Below are positions 1 through 9,551 of a stretch of 33,938 nucleotides of DNA, one piece after another. Location of the stretch: assembly GCA_000320545.1 (NCBI GenBank), contig ADNK01000348.1, positions 1-33,938 on the forward strand. Direction: 5' to 3'. The notes under the pieces are model-generated. The model did no database searches. It was not told the DNA's origin and saw nothing but the letters and a program-made list of their open reading frames with translations. This DNA is from Bigelowiella natans CCMP2755 (lineage: Eukaryota > Protista > Cercozoa). Both the position numbers and the translations under genes were made by a program. Within the stretch, counting starts at the first letter, position 1. Each line of letters starts with the position of its first letter.

Positions 1-73
1 TTCCCCCCCCCCCCCCCTTTTAAAAGCGCTTAAAATGTAAAAAGGAAGTGTTGACCATTTTGTTTACGCGCAG

Positions 74-1065
74 GTCAAAAAGGGGAAGGCTGGCTGCGCT
101 CGTATCTTTGTGTGGAGGGAAAGCGAAGATCGTGCGTGCTTGCAGACCTCACACCCCCAATTTCAACTTAGCAGGAAATATTTAAAAGTTATTTGGTCTT
201 TGAATCCGCCCTTTCCTTTTTTCCCCCCCCCCCCCCCCTTTTATATTCTTTCCTGTGACTGTTCTCTGATCCGATTCATGATGATAACGGCAGGTAAAGA
301 GTTACACTATGGAAGCATCCTTCGCCGGAGCCAATCACGGCGCGTATGCTGGTAGCATTGATAGACGTCCTCTAGGGAGTCGTTGTAGTAGTAGTAGTAG
401 TAGTAGTAGTAATATTTGTCGTTGTTGTTGAAGAAGATGAAGGGGAGGGGGAAGAAGAACATGTGGCAGTAGGAGCGGTAGATGTGCACCCAACAATCGA
501 TTTTTGGTTTGCGGTTAAAGAGAAATTACCCAGGGAGGATTTGAAGGACGGGAAGCGGTGCTAAAGCTCTTTTATCATCATCATCATCACCACCACCATC
601 ATCATCAATCGTAAATCATCGTCGGCACGATTCTTCTTCTTCTCCTTCTTATTCTTAATTTTCTGCGTACAGGCAAGCACTTTACAGCTGGAATTCTCAT
701 GAATATGGGCCGAGATTGGTCTTTCCCCATTTTCTTTCTTTTTTGTCATTTTCATAACCCCTTCCCCCCCTTTTCCCCGCTGTTTCAATAAGCAATCCCA
801 TAATTTTTACCCTGCTGCTGCGGCTGCTGTTGCTGCATTAAAAAAAATAGGTGTTTCTCAATCCTCCAATATGAAGATCAAAAGCAAAGAGCAAAGATAA
901 AACGTTGCTTGGAGGAGATGTCCCCAAAGGATACGGTGTGTCAAGGCATTTACGCCATGAAAACTAGACGGGGTCCCGGGGAGGAGGGGGGGGGGGGCTA
1001 TGGAAACGGAGAAAGGCCAGTATCAAACGTTCTGTAGATTCCATGTGTGATGTGTGTTATGTGTC

Positions 1066-1105
<40 letters not shown>

Positions 1106-1259
1106 TGTTGTTCCCCCGAAAATGTAGCATGTCGAGGAGGAAGGCGAGAGTGATGAAGATGACAGCGCGGACTCAGCCGAGGAAAGGTAGACTTGTATGC
1201 ACATGCATGCAACCTTGCATTCATACTACATCTAAGCACTCTCTGAGGAGGGAGGACAG

Positions 1260-1297
<38 letters not shown>

Positions 1298-1688
1298 ATA
1301 AATATATACATATATTTACTATGCACATGGAATAAGAGCAAGATGTTTGAAAGAACGTCTCTGATGACCACCAGCAGTAAATCAGTAGTAAACCATCTTC
1401 ATAATAACTGAGCAAAACGTCGGCGTGCTCGCTTCCCGCCTCTTCCTCTGCTTTACTCTCCATTCTCCATATTAGACCGCCTGGGCCTGGGGAGAAGCTA
1501 CTGGGGCTTGATATGTCGTGTGCTATCAAGGCCAAAGTGCAGGCCACACGGAGTCTACTCGCGAAGCGTGAAGAAGATCAGGTGAGAGCAGTTGCAAAGA
1601 AGAGAGCAAGAACAAGGAAAAGGGGAATGTAAAGGAAATTATAAGATTATTTGCTCAATATATATAGTATCTCACCCCCCCCACCCCC

Positions 1689-1767
<79 letters not shown>

Positions 1768-2120
1768 ATACGCTCTAATTATTTGTATATGACGTGCGAA
1801 TTAAAAGGCGTCGACGTACAGCAAAGGCAAACGTGAGACACAAGTCTCTTGAAAGAGACTCCGCAGCCAAACGGTTTGTTTTGCAATCATGTTACTTGTC
1901 GCTGTGAATCATCTTCACGCTTACTCCCCCCCCCCCCCCCCCTCCCCCGTTATTTTTTTTTTCCACAGCATTCTCCGAAAAGATCGGAAGAAGGCGCTGC
2001 ACAAGTCCGTGAAGGCACCACCTGCCAGCTCTATGTCTCCCTCAGCTAAAGCGCGAAAACTAAAAGAGAGAGGTAATAGATCATAATCAACTATCATCAA
2101 GCTACGATGTCAAAGCACGT

Positions 2121-2192
<72 letters not shown>

Positions 2193-2220
2193 ATCGTAAT
2201 AAGCCACCAAGCAGCACAAT

Positions 2221-2254
<34 letters not shown>

Positions 2255-2604
2255 GTCCTTTTAAAGGCTGGAACCGTCCTTCTGCTGAAGAGCCCAGCAG
2301 CAAGGACAAGAAGCTATTAGATAGATGGAGAAGCCCCAGCTCCAAGGTATTTGGCGTACGCAACATTCGTCTTGTTATCGTTTTCCCTGTAATGCTCCTT
2401 GTCCATTTACCGACTGATCATGGAGGTGAAAAGCAGCTACACTGCTGCCGCCATGATCTCATACCATATAAGTCCAAACGGGAAATTATCTGCGGTGCTT
2501 GTTTTTCCATGCATCGTCGTATGCGTGTGTGTGAAGCTGGATGTAGTAGCCATATCTAACTTCCACCTAGCCGTGTAGTTGTCAAAGAGAGACGGCGTGA
2601 TTGA

Positions 2605-2641
<37 letters not shown>

Positions 2642-2909
2642 GATTATCCTTCTTGTCTACTAAAGGCATCGAAGAGCCTCTCAGTTAGGAAGCTCAGTCG
2701 GCGTGCAATTCATTCTGTGAGGTCGGTCTCTCTCCCTTCTTCTTCTTCTTCTTCTTCTTCTTCTTCTTCTTCTATCTTACTTTCTTCCTCCTCCTCCTCC
2801 TCCCCCCCCCCCCTACTGGTCTCCACTGAAGATAAAATCATTTCCGGACTATTCCGCCTCGTGCATCATCTTAACCCCTCGCTCGGCAATCTTTACTATA
2901 TATATAACG

Positions 2910-2988
<79 letters not shown>

Positions 2989-3357
2989 TCTGATCTGTAC
3001 AGACGCGAGAGGAAAGCTCCCTTGACCATGACCCCAGAGCCCCCTGCACGGCCTCTCAAGGGTCAATGCTTTACGTTTGAAATCCCTGGAGGGGGAAGGC
3101 CACAAGGAAGATCAGGGGCTAGGAAGGGAGGAGGATGGGGAGGGCTTTACTCGCAATCTCCTTCATATGTTTCTTCTCCGGCAACCAAGCAGTCGCCCCA
3201 TAGGCGGAATAACCTGCCTCCCGTTGGAGCACTCGATCAGAAATTGAGCGTCTCGTCTCCTTCCTTGATTGATATGCAGCATGAGAGCCAGTTAAGAACC
3301 ACCACCACCACCACCACCACTCCACTACACCTACTTACACGCATCATCATGCATCAC

Positions 3358-3393
<36 letters not shown>

Positions 3394-3465
3394 AACAACG
3401 CAAGACTACTTCATCTGCATCGCTAAATCACTACCCTCCCCTTCTCTCGCTCTCCCTCCCCCCCC

Positions 3466-3508
<43 letters not shown>

Positions 3509-3775
3509 TGTGTGCGTGTGTGTGTGTTTATGCACAATACATGGTTACGACAATCATTTATATGATCATGGGTGTCACCGATCATGCCCCCACCCCCCTC
3601 CTTCGATGAATCAATCTCTTCCCCTCAGATCATCCTCAAAACCGCCCAGGGCGGGCATACGACGTGGGTTTCGAGGACGTTACACGGACGCACGCTCTAG
3701 CTCTCCGGTTCTCTACAACTACCTTACAACAGCGAATATTTCCTGCAGCAGCCTCCTCCTTTGCACTTTCCCTAA

Positions 3776-3813
<38 letters not shown>

Positions 3814-3957
3814 AGCTTTTCTGCTTCTTTCGCCTATTTTGCCTAATTTGTGTTTATATTATGGATTCTTCCAGCATGTAAAGACCCCCCGCGGCGGCGC
3901 GTCACTAGGTAGTGCCACGCAACTTACAGAAGACAGCAGAAGACAGCCAAGTCCATA
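74..3957 (+). CDS. 3' portion of a cytosolic carboxypeptidase (M14, CCP/AGBL/Nna1-like tubulin deglutamylase family) with a long low-complexity C-terminal tail; 5' end lies upstream of the window
   Basis: Exons 74-131, 294-351, 673-718 and 851-935 splice to VKKGKAGCARIFVWRE..|VKSYTMEASFAGANHGAYAG|KHFTAGILMNMGRDW|CFSILQY. This matches the end of the CCP catalytic domain (AR-x-x-VWRE...SYTMEASF.G...G.HFT...L..MGRD.C). Further GT-AG exons near 1128-1186, 1476-1581, 1969-2071, 2267-2346, 2666-2720 and 3003 onward encode acidic, basic and Ser-Pro-rich sequence. The 3' end is uncertain (stop at 3424-3426 or as far as about 3957). An apparent +1 frame break lies near 120-122. Confidence 0.75.
1068..1290. 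repeat. Intronic (GT)n at about 1068-1103 and (TA)n at 1261-1290
   Basis: Directly visible dinucleotide runs. Confidence 0.95.
1692..1763. repeat. Compound (TC)n/(GT)n microsatellite in an intron
   Basis: Directly visible. Confidence 0.95.
2121..2251. repeat. Compound (AC)n(AT)n followed by (AAC)n microsatellite in an intron
   Basis: Directly visible. Confidence 0.95.
2917..2982. repeat. (TA)n microsatellite, 66 bp
   Basis: Directly visible, just upstream of the acceptor at 3002. Confidence 0.97.
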
Positions 3958-4639
3958 ATCAATCACACCACCAGAAACACCTAGCAACTACTACAACAAC
4001 AATAACAACAACATAGGTATTAAGAAAAGCCCTCCTGCAAGCTTGATAATAGACAATCCGGAAGCTAAAATAAAGGTACTACTACTTCGGGAAAAGCGTG
4101 TTTGTTATTATCTAAAGTATAGTTAGTGTGACGCTCAATTGACCATCTGGCCCGTGAAGTGACATCAGCCTCGCCGTTTTCCCTTCACTGTTACACTTTA
4201 ATTAAGGTTTTACAGCACGCAAAGGACTTTGCTGGAATAGCAAAGCCGCAGCAATTCGCACGTGAGTTTTGCTTTTTTTTTAGTGATGAGAGAGGGGGGG
4301 GGAGAAGACAGGGAGAACAGTGAAAGAACTAAGCATGCAGAGTTTATATCGAAGTTCTCACACACTTTTTGTTTAAAGGCCCACCGGTTGCGAATAACAG
4401 TAGAAGAAAATATGGCATTTATGAGATGATAAAGCAGCGTCCAACATCGGCAAAAGTAAAGCGTTCTGTCAACATAGGCTCCTTTTTCGGTCACTCCCCA
4501 AAACACTAGAACCAGCTACAGAAAGTAGACAAAACTAGGAGCCTCGCTATAGCACTTAAATTATTTATCCGCTATGATTTAGATGATTGCACCACTTCGA
4601 TAATCTAATCATAAGCAAACCTTTCACTTTATTATCCAA

Positions 4640-5500
4640 CGACTATACGACTGATGTGTGTGTACGCCGTATATGTTCATACATACACATTCAATATGCT
4701 TTGTACGTGCGTCAGGGCTTATATGTGCTGTGTGGCGTCTAGCTACTCTGTATCTAACTAGCTACGCGCGCGGCTACTGTACATCTTTAACAATATTGTA
4801 CGTATGCATAGCAAAATAATTCATGACACAAAACGCATGCAAATGTGCAATTTGCAGTTGTGGCTGAATGTGTGCTTATCAGCAGGCGGATGGCGCCATA
4901 CAGGCTGTCAATCGGTGTGCTACATGACGTCGACTGGCTATGCCATAGCACATGACGTGCATAGTTAGATGGACACGTCTAGACGCACACGTCTAGACGC
5001 ACACGTCTAGACGCACACGTCTAGACGCACACGTAACGATGTAGCGCCATGCATGTGTGCCATGCTGTGTGCGCACATGCACAGCTAGCTAGACAGGGCA
5101 CGTTGCGAGCTGCGCGCTGCATCGCGTTTGCATGCGTATGCATCCACAACAAAAGATATTTATCACAAAAGAATTGAACTGAACAGACACAATTCATGAG
5201 CACTGTGTGGTCGCACAGCTAGCTAGTTAGCGTGCAAGCGCAGCTAGATCTAGAGATGCTCAATGAGCGAACAATGCAGCTTTTTGTGCATGTCGTGTGG
5301 CAAATGAGCAAGAGTACGTGCTGGTGCACGTAGCATCGTAGGGGCGCATTCCAGCATGCAGATTAGCATAGCATGTGCATTGCAGCCAGCTAGCCAGGCG
5401 GTGCTGTGCGTCTAGATGGAGCTACGATACACACGTCTTGACGCACCTGATGACTTTCTATTTTTCCATGTGTTCTAATGGCGATCATGCCACACATGAA
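4640..5500. other. Intergenic island A, rich in CTAG/AGCT/TGCA/CATG/CACGTG words
   Basis: Dense tagctag, gcatgc, cacgt and tgcgca words between the convergent CCP and QCR9 genes. Boundaries approximate. Confidence 0.6.
4973..5034. repeat. Tandem repeat of 14-bp unit ACACGTCTAGACGC, 4 perfect copies plus a partial
   Basis: Directly visible; each unit contains the 10-bp palindrome CGTCTAGACG. Confidence 0.95.
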
Positions 5501-5586
5501 GAAGAAAAGCCAACATGGAAAACACATTGCGCATCACTCAATATGAACGTATTAATGAGCTTGACACATCAGAACGGTTCCCGCAT

Positions 5587-6389
5587 CTATTCATCATCAT
5601 CATCATCATCATCGTCGTCGTCTTCTTCTTCCTCCTCTTCCTCAGTCCCCTCAGGTGGATTTGGAAAGCTTTGTTCGATGACATCCTCGAAAAGTTTCTG
5701 AGACAAAGTAAAACCGGTTATACTTCACCGACATTGGGAGATTTGACCCTAGCTAAATGCAAGCAACAATGCACGTACTCCTCTGTTGTTTGCCTTCCAG
5801 AGACCCTCGAACACGCTGTCATAGGCCATACCGCCGAAAATTGCGACGCCCACCACTGCAGTCGAGTATGCAACGTTGGACTTCATGAAGACGTTGTACA
5901 ACAAGTCGTTGAATTGCTTAGGTTCATTCGTTTTGTAGAAAGATCTTCGGAGCGTGGGAACCACACGTTTGCTGCTGCAAGGAAGGGAGAGGAATGACAC
6001 AAATCATTAGAAGCTATCTACAGTGATAGTCTAGTGGAGACCTATGCCATGGCACAAATCAATTACGAATATAACGCCATGCCCTCGGGGAGGAGTGCAC
6101 GCGGAGAGATGGAGGGAGAGAGAGAGGGGGAGAGAGAAGGGGAGAGATAGGAAGAGAAGAGAAGAGCACACGAAAATTGTGCTTGCAAATAGCATCTTTA
6201 TGAAAAAGGGGAAGAAGGCAAGTTTTTATTCAATCAACATTTAAGCCACGGCCCTCCTCATTACTAACTGCCGCGCCAGGCAGAACCCCCTTCACAAGCT
6301 TCCCGCTAAGCCAGCGCGCCCCACCGATGCCCGATATAAATCAAGCGGATATACCTGGTGCGCGCAGACGAGGCCAATCTAGCCAACAT
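5587..6389 (-). CDS. QCR9: Cytochrome bc1 complex subunit 9 (QCR9/UQCR10 family), 3 exons, about 113 aa
   Basis: Exons 6389-6355, 5974-5779 and 5697-5587 (all GT-AG) give MLARLASSARTSSKRVVPTLRRSFYKTNEPKQFNDLLYNVFMKSNVAYSTAVVGVAIFGGMAYDSVFEGLWKANNRG|KLFEDVIEQSFPNPPEGTE7D10E*. The LYN.F..N..Y...TM helix...W...N.GKLF.D pattern is the QCR9 signature. Confidence 0.88.
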
Positions 6390-7173
6390 GGTTACTAGTT
6401 CCTTCTGTCGAGGGGGATGGGATCTCTGGGGTTGGCACGCTCACGCGTCTCCTGCTATTACTTGTCTCTCTTGCACGCCTTCAGGGGCGAATTAATGATA
6501 TTTTCGCATATTTTACCAATAAAATCGTCAATAACGTCCTATATTTTGACCAAATCCGCCCCTCGCCGATAAATAAAGTCACTGAAAAAAATCTATCCGT
6601 GAAGATCTTGGGGTGGGTGGTCAGGCGGTTGGGCGGCCGAAATTTGGGCAGAGATTTGGCACAAATTCATTGTCGTTTTATAATAATAGAATACATTATG
6701 AATGAAATCGGAGTTCTTTCGTCCAAAATTGAAACTGGTTGGGAAGAGTGTGGCGAGAGAACTAACTGGAGACTATTCGAGATATATATTTGGTCTCCAA
6801 ATGATCTCCTGGTAGAATCTCCGTTGAACTCCGAGCAACCCAAGCTATCACCATAATCAGATCTTTCCTGTTTCGCCATTCCTGCGTGCTACCTCCCTGC
6901 CCCCCTTCACGCATCAACGTAGTTCTTGCATAGACAGATATCTCTCGGTAATTATTCCCTAATTTACCAACCACTGAAGTTGGGTGGCATTCGCCTTTCT
7001 GCCCGCTGTTTTGCGTAAATTGGGTATTGGGGGAACAGTGATGTTTTCATATCTTTCTTCGACTTAGCCCCTCCTCCTTTCTTTAAAGCCTCTTCCAGAA
7101 ACTTCAGTTCTAAAATTATATTTCTTTAACCCTCTTGTACAGCTTGTTCCCTGGAGGTCCGACATTCGACACC
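6390..7173. promoter_or_regulatory. Probable bidirectional promoter region between divergent QCR9 and ARPC1
   Basis: About 780 bp between two head-to-head start codons, free of microsatellites. No specific element is called. Confidence 0.5.
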
Positions 7174-8919
7174 ATGCCTGTCGCTGATATCAAACCCTTC
7201 ACAAAAACTGGCGTCACTTGCATCGCTTTCAATGCCGACAAGTCTCTCATTGCTATCTGTCCAAACTCAAATAAAGTCTTGATCTATGAAACAAATGGCT
7301 CTGTTCATTCGACAAAATGGAATAAGGAGCCGAAGTACGTTTTGGAGGAGGTAATAACAAAAAACCAGCAGTATCTAGCCTGTAATAACTAAATCATCAC
7401 CATATATCATCCTCCTTAGCACACGGAAACAGTTGTGGGAATGGATTGGTGCCCTTCGACAAACCTGCTTGTGACTTGCGCACACGATCGAAACGCTTAT
7501 GTCTGGAAGCACGTGACTGAGAAGAAGGTGATCAAAGGAGGTAACGTGTCTTATCAGAAGGAAGATAAATGGAAGGCTGATCTCGTTATCTTGAGAATCA
7601 ATCGAGCTGCAACTGCAGTCAAGTGGTCTCCTTCAGGTATGATCACTCCTTGCAGGAAATTGCCTCACCCTAGCTAGCTCTCTCATGGGCTTCTCAGCAT
7701 CATCATCATCATCATCATCATCATTCCCTCCTCCATTTAGGCGCTAAGTTTGCCGTTACTAGCGGTGCGAAGGTGGTACCGATCTGCTACTATGTGGAAG
7801 AGCATAAATGGTGGACATGCAACACGATCAAAAAGCACAAATCTACGGTTCTCGATGTCGCATGGTGCCCAAATAGCAAGGTCCGTCATCTTTGCTCGCA
7901 TGTTTGGTGGGGGATAAGGAAGTAAATTCTTTGGGCTGAACAGTAGAATCTGACCACCTGTCATCGTTGCTCTTCTTCTTGTTGTTCTTCTATTTGCTCT
8001 TCTTCTTCTTCTTGCGATTAGTTTGTTGTTACTGGAGCAACCGATTACAAGTGCAGGATCATTTCCGCGTTCAAAGCGGAGCTTGACAGCTCGTATGTTT
8101 CATAAAATTTACCTCCTGTTCCGTTTTGTCTCACATGTGCGTCGTTCTTCTCTGTTTTGCGAAAATATCCCAGAGAGGACGACGGATTCGGCGCCATTTT
8201 CCCGAAGCAGCACCAATTTGGAGAAGTCTTAGCTGAGTTCACTCATGCAAAGGCTTGGGTCCAAAGCGTTGCATGGTCTCCAAGCTCCTACAGGCTTGCA
8301 TTCACTGGCCACGGCTCTACTATACACCTTGTGCAGATCGTTGCGGACGGTCCTCCTGTTGTCACTACAATCCGAGCAAGCGGACTACCCTACATCGCTG
8401 TTGAGTTTTTATCTGATAAGGCTGTGGTTGCGGCCGGGTATGACCAGAATCCGCACTTGTACGTCGCGTCTGATGCCAGCGGTGCTGAACCTGAGTGGAA
8501 ATTTGAGGGCAATATCGACAAAGAGGTCAAGAAAAAGAAGAGGGCCCTGGGGTCGTTTTCGGGGGCACGCGCCATGTTTGAAGGTGAGTGCGATTTCCAT
8601 CGAGTTGGTGTCATTACTAGGAATGCTTATACTTTCTGAAATGTGATAACAACAATAACGCAGCGAAATCGCTTCGCGGACAGGCGAGCAACGTGTCCAA
8701 CAAAAAAAGTACTGTTCATCAAAACTTGATTAGGTAAAACAAACATGCCTTTCATCTTGCTCTCGATTTTCGTGTTCTCACAAAATGCAATGTTAATTCA
8801 GTGGAGTTCTTCCTCTGGAGAATGCTACGATGATGACCTATGGATTGGATGGCATTGTAGCTTTCTGGAACATGAAGAATCAAGGGTTTGATGACAAGAG
8901 TCTGATGGCCAAAGAATGA
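7174..8919 (+). CDS. ARPC1: Actin-related protein 2/3 complex subunit 1 (p41-Arc, WD40), 7 exons
   Basis: Exons 7174-7350, 7420-7636, 7741-7880, 8022-8092, 8174-8583, 8664-8733 and 8802-8919 are all GT-AG and in frame. Motifs: [51 protein letters not shown]...[41 protein letters not shown]. Confidence 0.96.
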
Positions 8920-9009
8920 AAGTTTAACGCAATTAAGCATACGCTTTTCGTTGGCTAAGCTTAACATCTATATGAATTCAAATTTCGATGATTCTCATCA
9001 GTGAAACTG

Positions 9010-9550
9010 CATCAACACAAACGACACAAGGTCATCAATCGCCTAAGTCTGAAATCTCGACGTGCGTGTGGCACATCCACATGCACTGCTAGCACTGCTA
9101 GACTGGCAATGTTTGCAGCAAAGCAGCTCGAGTCGCAGATTGGACAGACTTGTTGTTGTTGCACCGAGTAGCTGTGCATGCTAGCATGTAGCCAGACTAG
9201 CAGACAGTCTAGCAGTGCTTGCCATGCTAGCATGATGATCACTGTGCGTGCATGACGCTTTTGATGGGAACACTCCATCTATCCGCCATGCCACAGCATG
9301 ATTGATCTCGTCTCATCATGCGGCACATGCACAAAATGGTCGTAGCCTAGTGGTTAGTTGTCAAGTGCGTGCACATTGTGCCGGTACGATGCTAGAATGC
9401 GTGCTGCGTATATGTAGCGTGGTGCATGCATCATCGCACCCCTCGCATCGTTAATATGTTCGTCGTCGTGATGAATGGTGACGCTTGCTCGAGCATATAG
9501 TGAAGACATCTTCGTTGGTCTTGATGAAATGAACATTTGCATGCTGCTAA
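9010..9550. other. Intergenic island B, rich in CTAG/TGCA/CATG
   Basis: Same word composition as island A; lies between the convergent ARPC1 and cyclase genes. Confidence 0.6.
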
Positions 9551-9551
9551 G

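Noticed and set aside
998-3881. Many ORF-track entries with YIYIYI, CVCVCV, THTHTH, poly-M or poly-H
   Set aside because: They are translations of intronic microsatellites, not genes.
4973-5034. Palindromic repeat array as a CRISPR-like locus
   Set aside because: Units are 14 bp and contiguous, with no spacers and no cas genes; the context is eukaryotic.
5515-5997. 160-aa plus-strand ORF with a hydrophobic stretch
   Set aside because: It is antisense to QCR9; the hydrophobic run is the reverse complement of the acidic tail.
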